Assembly (NCBI GenBank): GCA_964246795.1
Contig: CAXTRR010000013.1
Location: forward strand, 2,895-66,894
Origin: an uncultured Terriglobus sp.
GTDB taxonomy: Bacteria > Acidobacteriota > Terriglobia > Terriglobales > Acidobacteriaceae
Reading direction: 5' to 3'
DNA: 64,000 nucleotides
Made by a program: the position numbers and the translations under genes. The notes under the pieces are model-generated. The model saw nothing but the letters and a program-made list of their open reading frames with translations. It was not told where the DNA came from and ran no database searches. Numbering within the stretch: position 1 is the stretch's first letter; the number at the start of each line of letters is the position of its first letter. Below are positions 46,868 through 55,537 of this stretch, in pieces.

Positions 46868-49213
46868 CTATTGAGCTGCTGTTTGCAACAGGCCGGCCTG
46901 CGTTCCGTTTAGATACGGAGCGAAGGCCGGAGATGTTTTTACGTCGAAACGGTCGAGCATCATGACTTTGTTCCAAACCTTTACAAAGTCCTTTACAAAG
47001 CGTCCATGCCCGTCGCTGCCGGCGTAGACCTCGCAGACAGACCGCAGCTGCGCGTTTGACCCGAAGATCAGGTCGCAGCGGGTCGCCTGGTATTTGGGTT
47101 GGCCTGTTGACCGGTCGTTCAGTGAAAACGCCATACCCTTCTCATCGTTCTTTTTCCACTCGTATTCCGTGCTGGTGAGGGTGGTAAAAAAGTCGTTGCT
47201 GAGTACGCCCACCCGGTTGGTGAAAACGCCGTGGCTGGCGTTGTCATAGTTGGTGCCCAGCACGCGCAGCCCGCCGGCCAGCGCAACCCACTCGGGCGCG
47301 GTGAGCGCCAGCAGGTTTGCCTTGTCAAAGAACATCTCCTCGGGGGAAACGCGGCCCTGGGTGATCTCCTCGTAGTTGTCCGCCACATAGTTGCGGAAGC
47401 CGTCGACCACCGGCCGCAGCCACTCGAAACTCTCAGCGTCGGTCAGTTCCTGTGTCGTGTCCATGCGGCCCGGGGTAAAGGGCACCGCTGTTTGCACACC
47501 TGCGTCCGCCGCGGCCTTTTCAACCGCTGCGCAACCGGCAAGCACGATCAGATCGGCGAGCGAAACCTTCTTCCCGCCGCCATGGCCGCCGTTTTGGCCG
47601 CCGTTGAACTTGGCCATCAGCTCCCGCAGCTTTTCGATCACGGGCAGCGTGCGGCGATTTACCACCCAATCCTTCTGTGGAGCGAGCGCCAGGCGTGCAC
47701 CGTTCGCGCCGCCACGCTTGTCGCTGTGGCGGTGCGCACCGGCAGCCGAGAAGGCGGTGAAGACCAGATCCGAAACAGAGATCCCGGTGGCCAGAATCTG
47801 CTGCTTGAGCGAGGCAATGTCGTTCGCGTCAATCAGCTCATGATCCACCGGCGGAATCGGGTCCTGCCAGATCAGGCCGTCCTCGATCTTGACCTCGGGG
47901 CCAAGATAGCGCTCCTTGGGTCCCATGTCGCGATGGGTCAGCTTGTACCAGGCCTTTGAGAAAGCCAGCGTGAAGTAGTCGAAGTCAGAGAGAAACTTTT
48001 CGCAAACCTTGCGGTAATCCGGGTCGGTTTTGAGCGCAATGTCGGTCGTCATCATCATCAGGTCATTCATCTGGCCCGGGATATGCGCGTCCGGCGTCTT
48101 GGGCGCCTGTGGATCGATGGGCGTCCATTGCAGGGAACCGGCCGGGCTTTTTGTCTGCTTCCACTCGAACTTGAAGAGGTTTTCCAGGTAGCTGTTGTCC
48201 CACTGCGTCGGATTCTGTGTCCAGCTGCCCTCAATGCCGTTGGTCATGGTGAATTCCGAGTGGCCGGTGCCTCTGGGGTTATGCCAGCCGAGCCCCATCG
48301 CCTCAACGGGCGCAATCTCCGGCGGAGCGCCGATCTCTTTCGCCGGCACCATGCCGTGGCTCTTGCCAAAGGCGTGGCCGCCGGCGATCAGCGCCACCGT
48401 TTCCTCATCGTTCATCGCCATGCGGGCAAAGGTGATGCGGATGTCGCGCGCCGAACCCATCGGATCGCCGTTGGCATAAGGGCCTTCAGGGTTCACATAG
48501 ATCAGCGCCTGGTGTGAGGCGCCCAGCGGATTCTCCAGGTCATAGTCCGCATCGCCGTTTTGGCCGCGCCAGCGCTTGTCGCGGGTCACCATGCTGTCAA
48601 ACGATTCGACCTTGGCCGGTTCCCAGACTTCGGGCCCCAAATAGCTGCTGTTGTCCGCCTCATTGGCATCGCGCCGGCCGCCGCCGAAGCCATAGGTGGG
48701 AAAGCCCATGATTTCCAGCGCGCAGTTGCCGGTCAGAATCATCAGATCTGCCCAGGAGAGCGCGTTGCCGTACTTCTGCTTGATGGGCCACAGCAGGCGG
48801 CGCGACTTGTCGGTGTTGCCGTTGTCCCACCAGCTGCTGATCGGCGCAAAACGCTGCAGTCCCTGGCCCGCTCCACCGCGGCCATCGGCAATGCGGTAGG
48901 TGCCGGCGGAGTGCCACGCCATGCGGATCATCTGCGGGCCATAGTTGCCGTAGTCAGAGGGCCACCAGCTGACCGACGTGGTGAGAAAGTGATTGATGTC
49001 GCCCTTCAACTGCGCAAAATCGATCTTCGCGAACTCCGCGGCATAGTCGAAATCGGGCCCAAGCGGGTCGGCGAGTGGGCCGTTCTGGTGCAGCAATTCC
49101 ACCCGCAGGCGAGCCGGATACCAGTTCTCCAAAGTCGGCGGCGTGCCCAGAGCACCACCGATACGATCTCCACCAAAGGGACACTTACCTTCCAACGGGT
49201 TCATGAGTACCAC
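46868..49213 (-). CDS. katG: Catalase-peroxidase (HPI)
   Basis: [10 protein letters not shown]..., [11 protein letters not shown] (distal His region), [16 protein letters not shown] (proximal His). Two-domain ~780 aa protein. Confidence 0.97.
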   Translation of the reverse strand: MVLMNPLEGKCPFGGDRIGGALGTPPTLENWYPARLRVELLHQNGPLADPLGPDFDYAAEFAKIDFAQLKGDINHFLTTSVSWWPSDYGNYGPQMIRMAWHSAGTYRIADGRGGAGQGLQRFAPISSWWDNGNTDKSRRLLWPIKQKYGNALSWADLMILTGNCALEIMGFPTYGFGGGRRDANEADNSSYLGPEVWEPAKVESFDSMVTRDKRWRGQNGDADYDLENPLGASHQALIYVNPEGPYANGDPMGSARDIRITFARMAMNDEETVALIAGGHAFGKSHGMVPAKEIGAPPEIAPVEAMGLGWHNPRGTGHSEFTMTNGIEGSWTQNPTQWDNSYLENLFKFEWKQTKSPAGSLQWTPIDPQAPKTPDAHIPGQMNDLMMMTTDIALKTDPDYRKVCEKFLSDFDYFTLAFSKAWYKLTHRDMGPKERYLGPEVKIEDGLIWQDPIPPVDHELIDANDIASLKQQILATGISVSDLVFTAFSAAGAHRHSDKRGGANGARLALAPQKDWVVNRRTLPVIEKLRELMAKFNGGQNGGHGGGKKVSLADLIVLAGCAAVEKAAADAGVQTAVPFTPGRMDTTQELTDAESFEWLRPVVDGFRNYVADNYEEITQGRVSPEEMFFDKANLLALTAPEWVALAGGLRVLGTNYDNASHGVFTNRVGVLSNDFFTTLTSTEYEWKKNDEKGMAFSLNDRSTGQPKYQATRCDLIFGSNAQLRSVCEVYAGSDGHGRFVKDFVKVWNKVMMLDRFDVKTSPAFAPYLNGTQAGLLQTAAQ

Positions 49214-49553
49214 CTTTCCACACTTATGGTAACTGCTGTTAAAGAGTAAAGGCTATCGTTTAAAGGATTCCCGCTTATCTGCCGAAGGCGACCGGGGCGA
49301 GCTATCGCTTCCGTTTTGAGTAGAGGACGGAAAGGTGCAGCCGTTGCGCTTTTGAACTAGGACGATGTGTTGTGGAGATAAGTCTTTGTGATCCGGATTT
49401 ATTCACTGCGTCTTCAAGTGAGGCATCCGGCACGTCCCGCCATAGATAGCCGGCCGGGCATACTTCCTGCACTTATCCCGGGTCCTTGCCTTTGGCTGTC
49501 CTCCTGGCGGCAAGCCGCGCCGCGGTTGCCAGCTGCGGTAAGGTGAGACTGGC

Positions 49554-50114
49554 ATGCTACCTGACCGCATTGTTCCGGTTTTCGATCAGCGGGCCGATCC
49601 GCAGTCCTGGTCGAACCGCATGAAGCGGGGCGAGTCTGCGGCCATGCTGACCGATGCCCGCAGCGGCTCGCCCTGCGATGAGGCGGGCATGCCGGTGATG
49701 GATGTGAACCGGGCACCGTGTTACATCTTTTCCGATCTGGCCAGCGCGAACGCCTGGTGCGTGGCGCTGGTACAGGCCATGCCGGAGATTCGCTGCCGCG
49801 TGTATGACGCAGATGGCCTGGCCAAGCCGCCTGCCGCCGAGCACTCCGCGCCGCAGTATGTGCGGCGCGACCCGCTGAACCGCAAGGTGAGCCGGCGCGC
49901 GGGCATCGGTCTGCTCGCCGCAGGCCTGCTGCTCTGCCTCATCGAGTGGCTGTCGGGCTTCCGGCTCTCATGGGCGGCCATGCTGGGCATGCGGCTGTGG
50001 CCTGCCGGGCTGGTGCTGCTGGTGGCGGAGGCCGCTTTTCTGGCGGAAGACGCGCGCAAGCGACGCAAGGCGCGGCAGGCGGCTGCCAACGGCAACAAGG
50101 ACGCAACCGGGTGA
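49554..50114 (+). CDS. Hypothetical protein: soluble N-domain plus two TM helices and a basic tail
   Basis: 186-aa ORF. Its stop TGA (50112-50114) shares a base with the ATG of the antiporter gene (TGATG), implying translational coupling. Confidence 0.5.
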   Translation: MLPDRIVPVFDQRADPQSWSNRMKRGESAAMLTDARSGSPCDEAGMPVMDVNRAPCYIFSDLASANAWCVALVQAMPEIRCRVYDADGLAKPPAAEHSAPQYVRRDPLNRKVSRRAGIGLLAAGLLLCLIEWLSGFRLSWAAMLGMRLWPAGLVLLVAEAAFLAEDARKRRKARQAAANGNKDATG

Positions 50115-51376
50115 TGGCGCCTGTACCGGCACTGCTGGATGCTTCGCGCTTCCTCCTGCAACTTGTGGCGGTGCTGATGGCCACCTGGAGCTGTGGCCGC
50201 GTGGCGCGATGGCTGCGCCAGCCCGCTGTGGTGGGGGAGATCGCCGGCGGCCTTCTGCTCGGGCCCACCTGCTTTGGCGACTGGCTTCCCGATGCTGCGG
50301 CGTGGCTCTTTCCACCCGGTCATCTGCGCGGGCTGGAGTGGGTAAGCAACGCGGGTCTGGTGCTGTTCCTCTTCGGGCTGGGCGCGGAGATGCACCTGCC
50401 CGCCCTGGCACGTTCCCGGCGGATCCTGCTGGGGACCGCCGCCGGCAGTGTGGCGCTGCCGCTGGTGTGCGGCGTGGCTCTGGCAGCTGCGCTGATGCCT
50501 CGCCATGCGCACCCGGGCATGCGCTTCTGGCCCTTCGCGCTTTTTGTCGGAACCGCGATGAGCGTCACGGCGCTGCCAGTGCTGGGCCGCATCCTGCAGG
50601 ACCGCGCGGCGGCGGGCAGGCCGGTGCGCCTGGCCGTCGCGCGGCTCGCGCTGGGTGTGGCCGCGCGGAACGACGCGGCCGCCTGGCTGCTGCTCTTGCT
50701 GGCGCTGAGCCTGGCCCGGCCGGGCGCTGGGTTGAGCGGCTTCGCAACGCACCTGCTCCTGTTTTTACTGCTGCTGTCCGTGCTGGTCTTTGCCGTGCGA
50801 CCGCTCTTTACACGGGCCGTGAAAGACGGCCGCATGCCATGGGCCCTGGTGCTGTCCTGCTGCGTCCTGCTTGCCTTTGGCAGCGCAGCATTTACAGACC
50901 GGCTGGGTCTGCACGCCTTCTCCGGCGCGGTGCTTGCAGGCGTTTGCGCGCCGCGGGCCATGGTGGGCGGCCGGGCGCTGGCGGAACGGTTTCAGCAGAC
51001 GCTGGGCCCGGGCATCGGCATTGCCCTCCCAGTCTTCTTCGCGCTCACCGGCCTGCGCACTCGCCTTGACCTGCACGGCTCCGGCAGCCTGTGGCTCCTG
51101 GCGATCCTGGCAACAGCCGTGGGGAGCAAGGTCTCCGCTGGAATCCTCGGCGCGCGCGCCGGCGGCCTGCCCTGGCGCTGGGCCCTGGAGACCGGGGTGC
51201 TGCTCAACACGCGCGGCCTGGTGGAGCTGGTGGTGCTGAACGTGGGCCGGCAGGCCGGTGTGCTGGACTCCGCGCTCTTTGCCATGCTGGTGACCATGGC
51301 CCTGTTCACGACGGCGATGACGGTGCCGCTGCTGAACCTGCTGCGCCCGCGCGATGCTTCGCCTTCGGCAGCATAA
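50114..51376 (+). CDS. Cation:proton antiporter (CPA2/Kef-type Na+/H+ exchanger family)
   Basis: ATG 50114. LLQLVAVLMATWSCGRVARWLRQPAVVGEIAGGLLLGP is the characteristic CPA N-terminus. 10-12 TM segments. Confidence 0.9.
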   Translation: MAPVPALLDASRFLLQLVAVLMATWSCGRVARWLRQPAVVGEIAGGLLLGPTCFGDWLPDAAAWLFPPGHLRGLEWVSNAGLVLFLFGLGAEMHLPALARSRRILLGTAAGSVALPLVCGVALAAALMPRHAHPGMRFWPFALFVGTAMSVTALPVLGRILQDRAAAGRPVRLAVARLALGVAARNDAAAWLLLLLALSLARPGAGLSGFATHLLLFLLLLSVLVFAVRPLFTRAVKDGRMPWALVLSCCVLLAFGSAAFTDRLGLHAFSGAVLAGVCAPRAMVGGRALAERFQQTLGPGIGIALPVFFALTGLRTRLDLHGSGSLWLLAILATAVGSKVSAGILGARAGGLPWRWALETGVLLNTRGLVELVVLNVGRQAGVLDSALFAMLVTMALFTTAMTVPLLNLLRPRDASPSAA

Positions 51377-51386
51377 TCAGAACGCT

Positions 51387-52229
51387 CTACGAGCGCCGCC
51401 GGTACAAAATGGAGAAGGTATATCCCTCGTTTGCGGGATACAGAGCGTTCACTGTCTTCAACCGCAGGGCCAGCGCCGCGGGCACCAGCAGCGGGTACTC
51501 GCGCTCGCGCAGGTCGGCGTAGTCGAAATCCAGATAAAGCGAGAGCAGATAAATCGCTACGGCGTCGGCAAAGGCGGCACTGCGGTAGTCTTCACGCGCC
51601 TTCTGCTTGGTCACGGGGTCGGTCAGCTCTGACAGGCGCGGCCCGCCACGCGGCGTTGTTTCCGGCGGTGCGCCATAGCCCTGTACGCGGTGTTCCCAGG
51701 CGTCAATGGAGGTTTCGCCGCGTGCCTGCTCGCGGATCTGCTGATCCAGCAGCTCCGTAAACTTCTCCGGAATCCCCGCAATGTCGACCAGGTCATGCGC
51801 CACGTTGATGAACAGCTCAAAGGCCAGTGCAAAACGGTCACTGTGCAGCTGCGTTGAGAGGAAGACGTACTCCGCGCCGGCGACGGTGCTGTTGCGATGG
51901 CAGACGGCCTTGTCCGTCAGCGCGGCGGTTGCCACTGGGGCGATGAGCGTGCGGTCACCCGCCTGGGACGCGGCATCCGCCGCATCGTCACCGGCCAGCC
52001 GCGCACCGGAGAGTGCCAGCGGCACAAAGGCAGACGGGCGGCCCGCCAGCACGCGCGCGATCGCCGCCGGCACGGTTCCCGCCAGCCGTGAAATCTCGGA
52101 AGCGGAGGTATGCGGCGCATCCAGCCGGCCCAGCGTGGCGTAGTGCAAACCAGTGGCCGCTGTTTGCCGCCGTAGTTGCAGAGCTGCAGCCTCCGCGCTC
52201 AGTAATCCGGTTTGGAGGAGGTCAGGCAC
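51387..52229 (-). CDS. Hypothetical protein, no recognisable family
   Basis: ORF 51387-52316. GTG at 52229 avoids overlap with the divergent small membrane gene. The C-terminal half (YVFLSTQLHSDRFALAFELFINVAHDL...) is protein-like. Confidence 0.45.
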   Translation of the reverse strand: MPDLLQTGLLSAEAAALQLRRQTAATGLHYATLGRLDAPHTSASEISRLAGTVPAAIARVLAGRPSAFVPLALSGARLAGDDAADAASQAGDRTLIAPVATAALTDKAVCHRNSTVAGAEYVFLSTQLHSDRFALAFELFINVAHDLVDIAGIPEKFTELLDQQIREQARGETSIDAWEHRVQGYGAPPETTPRGGPRLSELTDPVTKQKAREDYRSAAFADAVAIYLLSLYLDFDYADLREREYPLLVPAALALRLKTVNALYPANEGYTFSILYRRRS

Positions 52230-52296
52230 GCCAAAGCGTATTCTAATGGAAGTGGGCCAGAACACTTCGGCCTTTGCGGCGGCGCCGCCTAACATC

Positions 52297-52596
52297 ATGC
52301 CAGGAACACGCATCATCCAGCCCGATTACACCGGTCCCCGCCTCTTTGGCGCGCCCATCGGCGACTTTTCCGCCTTTCAAACAGTGCTGGTCACGGTGGC
52401 CGTTGGCGCGGCCGCGTTCTTTGCCGGCACATTTGCCGGCATTCTGGGCCTGGCCGTGCTGGGCATTGCACGCCACCACATGCTCGACTTTTCCCTCAGC
52501 TATCGCTGGATCGGGCTGCCCTTTGGCGTGCTGACGATGTTCGTAACGGGGCTCTACCTCGGCAGCATCCTGATCCGCCGCGTCACCCGGCGGTAA
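52297..52596 (+). CDS. Hypothetical small membrane protein (2-3 TM)
   Basis: ATG 52297 lies within ORF 52153-52596: MPGTRIIQPDYTGPRLFGAPIGDFSAFQTVLVTVAVGAAAFFAGTFAGILGLAVLG... Confidence 0.45.
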   Translation: MPGTRIIQPDYTGPRLFGAPIGDFSAFQTVLVTVAVGAAAFFAGTFAGILGLAVLGIARHHMLDFSLSYRWIGLPFGVLTMFVTGLYLGSILIRRVTRR

Positions 52597-52617
52597 AACG
52601 GTGCTGCTTCCGCCTGC

Positions 52618-53613
52618 TTACGAATTGCTGTCATCAAAGGAGCCGCCGTCGTCTCCCCCGAAGCCGCTATCGCCTGAATCGAAATCACTGCCGGTGTCGA
52701 ATCCGTTGCCGGAATCGCTATTGTCCGAGAGATTGTCGCCATCCGTATCGGCCAGGCCATAGCCGCCCGTGCCGGAGTAGCCGCCCGTGCCGGAGTCGCC
52801 GCCCGTGCCGGAGTCGCCCAGGAAATTCGACCCGCCCCGGCGGTCCTCAATGTCCGAGCTCAAGCCGCTGCCGGCATCGGCCTGCTGCGTGACTGCGTCA
52901 TGAAAGGCACTGTCACCGCCGCTGCTGTCACCCGGATTGCCGGTGTCTGTAAATCCGCGGCTGTCGCCCAGCACATCGCGGTCTGAGCCGTATCCGGCGG
53001 CATGGCCAAATCCATGCATCATGCCTTCCAGTCCCTGCGTCAGCAGCTCCCCGGCGGCCACGCCCGCAGCCACCTGCATGGCGCCCTGCAGGAAACCGCC
53101 ACCGCCAAAGCCGCCGCCGCCCATCATACCTCCGCCAGAGGGCGCATACCCATAGCCAGGCTGCCCATAGGCGGGCTGGCCATAGCCGTAGCCCTGAGGT
53201 GCATATTGCGGGGGAGGATAGGGCTGCCCCTGCGGCGGCATCGGCTGGCCGCCCTGGTAAACCGCTGAGCCATAACCCTGTCCCGGCTGCCCGGCAGGCT
53301 TCGCCGGGCGGTTTGGGTCCGGAGTGTGCGAACCGAAGATCTTTTCCAGAAAGCTGGGCTGGTGCTCCGTGGACCCGCCTGTTTGCTGCTGCAGCGCCTG
53401 CACCTGCTCACGTGCCTGCTGCAGTTGCGTTTGCGCCTGCTCCAGCGCGTAGCTCTGCACCAGCACCGTCTGGCACAGGATGTAAAGAGCGTTTGGATCG
53501 CCACCGAGACCGTTCTGGATTTCGCGCTGTGCTTCCGCATCCTTCGCCGTCTCCGGCGCGTTCTTTACGCGGCCAATCAAGCCGTCCAGCAACTGCTGTT
53601 CCTGTGATGTCAT
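52618..53613 (-). CDS. DUF2076-domain protein with acidic Gly/Ser/Asp-rich repeat tail
   Basis: MTSQEQQLLDGLIGRVKNAPETAKDAEAQREIQNGLGGDPNALYILCQTVLVQSYALEQAQTQLQQ matches the DUF2076 N-domain. A Gly-rich middle is followed by GGFLQGAMQVAAGVAAGELL. Three 18-nt tandem repeats at 52761-52814 encode (D/Y)SGTGG. Confidence 0.75.
   Translation of the reverse strand: MTSQEQQLLDGLIGRVKNAPETAKDAEAQREIQNGLGGDPNALYILCQTVLVQSYALEQAQTQLQQAREQVQALQQQTGGSTEHQPSFLEKIFGSHTPDPNRPAKPAGQPGQGYGSAVYQGGQPMPPQGQPYPPPQYAPQGYGYGQPAYGQPGYGYAPSGGGMMGGGGFGGGGFLQGAMQVAAGVAAGELLTQGLEGMMHGFGHAAGYGSDRDVLGDSRGFTDTGNPGDSSGGDSAFHDAVTQQADAGSGLSSDIEDRRGGSNFLGDSGTGGDSGTGGYSGTGGYGLADTDGDNLSDNSDSGNGFDTGSDFDSGDSGFGGDDGGSFDDSNS
52761..52814. 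repeat. 3 x 18-nt tandem repeat inside the DUF2076 gene
   Basis: AGCCGCCCGTGCCGGAGT occurs twice, then CGCCGCCCGTGCCGGAGT. Confidence 0.8.
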
Positions 53614-53721
53614 CGTCGTTCACTCCTCCGCACGTTGACTTCACGTGACCCGCCCGCTGTAGAGACGCTGGAAGTGAAGCAACGTTTGCCCGCGTTCGTG
53701 CTGCTGCCTAAGACAACGTTT

Positions 53722-54696
53722 TTACGCCGGCAGCAGCAGCATCGCTCCCCAATTCAGGCCAGCTCCAAAGGCGCTCAACACCACCGGTCCGCCGGGAGCC
53801 GGATGAGGTCGAAGATACTCCTCCAGCGCAATCAGCAAGGAAGCTGACGAGGTGTTCCCGTACCTCTGAATGTTCGTGAAAAAACGGTCAGCCGGCAGCT
53901 TCAAGCTACCCGCCACCTTCAGCAGCAGGTTCAGGTTGGCCTGGTGCAGCACGTATTGCTCCACAGCTTCCGCCGCAATGCCGTTGCGCCGCAGCAGCTC
54001 CGTGATGGCCGCGGGCAGCTTGCGAGAGGCGCGCAGGATCACCGAGCCGCCCTCCATGTGCAGCTGCTCGCCCTCCATGTAGAGCACGTCGGCACCGCTG
54101 CCATCCGTGTAAAGCACCGCGTCCGCCAGGCGCATCTGCGGGGAAGGTGGCCTGGACCCGGAACTGTCGACCGGCATCGTCTCCGCCGGTTTCGTGGGAT
54201 CGATCAAGCACGCACCGGCTCCGTCTCCAAAGAGGATGGCCGTATTCACCCCTGCGGGCGTGCGCTCTATGCGGCGGCTCATGATTTCCGTCCCAATCAC
54301 CAGCACCTTGCCCACGTGCGGCGCGAAACGCATCGCCATCGTCATCGCAATCAGTGACCCGGCGCTTGCCACGGGGATGTCCAGCGCGGGCGTTGAGTTC
54401 AGTCCCAGCCGGGCCGCCACCGTGCTGGCCGGGCCGGGGCAAAATCGCTCGGCTGAGCCGCTGCTCACCAGAATCATGCCCACTTCGGCCGGCGTGATCT
54501 CCGTGCGCTGGAGGCAGTCCTGCGCCGCCAGCACGGCCAGGTCCGCCGTGCTCTGCCCATCCGCGGCATACCGGCGCTGCTCAATGCCACTGACGGAGCG
54601 GATCCACTCCGCCGGCTGGCCCACCAGCGCGGCAAGCTCGCTGTTGTCCACGATCCGCTCGGGCAGGTAACAGCCAGTCGCACGCAGAAAGCTCAT
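53722..54696 (-). CDS. KAS III (FabH)-fold enzyme with active-site Cys replaced by Ser; acyltransferase-type
   Basis: FabH-like throughout (ERIVDNSELA..., VLHQANLNLL, YGNTSSASL, FGAGLNWGA). The AACAG nucleophile motif reads VASAG. Ser111 codon AGC = complement of 54364-54366. There is an extra Pro/Ser-rich insertion DPTKPAETMPVDSSGSRPPSPQMR. Confidence 0.85.
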   Translation of the reverse strand: MSFLRATGCYLPERIVDNSELAALVGQPAEWIRSVSGIEQRRYAADGQSTADLAVLAAQDCLQRTEITPAEVGMILVSSGSAERFCPGPASTVAARLGLNSTPALDIPVASAGSLIAMTMAMRFAPHVGKVLVIGTEIMSRRIERTPAGVNTAILFGDGAGACLIDPTKPAETMPVDSSGSRPPSPQMRLADAVLYTDGSGADVLYMEGEQLHMEGGSVILRASRKLPAAITELLRRNGIAAEAVEQYVLHQANLNLLLKVAGSLKLPADRFFTNIQRYGNTSSASLLIALEEYLRPHPAPGGPVVLSAFGAGLNWGAMLLLPA

Positions 54697-54887
54697 GCGG
54701 CTATCTTTTCATTCCTGTCTTGCCCGGGGTAAAGCTTTTCCGGGGGAACGTACTGCGACTTTCGTTCCAGTGTCCGCAGGCGCGGGCGCGGATACACTCA
54801 GGCCAATCCTTCGGCGGTCCGGCCGTCGCGATGAGCTCTCCTGCCCAGGCGTTCCCAATTTCCGCGCTCAACGCGGAAACGGCAAAC

Positions 54888-54910
54888 GCTCCGAGTTAGA
54901 GGCTCGGAGC
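54888..54910 (-). terminator. Hairpin, possible terminator after the carrier-protein gene
   Basis: GCTCCGAG-N7-CTCGGAGC (8-bp stem). On the minus strand it is followed by GTTTGCCGTTTCC. Confidence 0.3.
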
Positions 54911-55216
54911 GTTCGTGCGTCGAAGGAGGTGAGATGCCCATGCGGCCAATTCTGGTCAAATGGGGCAAGTTTCGGTTGCAGATACCTACTGAAGTAGTGA
55001 TCTATCTGCTGCTGAGAGCGCTCAGCCATTTGTAACTCGAATGGACTTGGCTGTTTCACAAACCCGTTCCCCTCGCCCCGGAAAAGCGGGGGACGGCCTT
55101 TCCGCTCAGGAACGTCTTCCCGTGCGGAATGTTCCTAGTGTGATGCAGGACGGCTAGCCTTTGCAAGAGTTTTCTCGACCGCCAGCGCCGGATTTCCCTC
55201 CAAGAGAGGACCGGTG

Positions 55217-55525
55217 CTACTCCGCCTTGGCCGCCAGATAGCTGTCGACCTTGTCAATCGTGTCGAACTTGCGCGCTGAAAGATCGCTGTCCGGGATGGA
55301 GACGCCGAACTCCGACTCAAGCCCGCTCACAAAATCGGGCAATGCGAAGCTGTCCAGCAGCCCGGAAGAGAACAGGGATTCGTCCTCCTCCGGCGTGATT
55401 TGCTTGCCCGCTACCGCCTGCAACACTTTTAGGATCCCCGGCTTCCTGTCCACAGCATTCTCCTTCTTCAAAAGTTTCTGATCCACGGCAGCCATTGTGA
55501 TGCAGAAACGCTCAGAGCTTGCCAT
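55217..55525 (-). CDS. DltC-like acyl/aminoacyl carrier protein
   Basis: LFSSGLLDSFALPDFVSGLESEFGVSIPDSDLSARKFDTIDKVDSYL aligns with the DltC/ACP phosphopantetheine-attachment region (LFESGLLDSM...). The start is either 55525 or 55495. Confidence 0.75.
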   Translation of the reverse strand: MASSERFCITMAAVDQKLLKKENAVDRKPGILKVLQAVAGKQITPEEDESLFSSGLLDSFALPDFVSGLESEFGVSIPDSDLSARKFDTIDKVDSYLAAKAE

Positions 55526-55537
55526 CGAGCGGCGTTT

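Noticed and set aside
54868-55059. 63-aa minus-strand ORF between the carrier-protein and KAS III genes.
   Set aside because: There is no recognisable motif or RBS, and a terminator-like hairpin (54888-54910) lies inside its 3' end. It is probably non-coding spacer.
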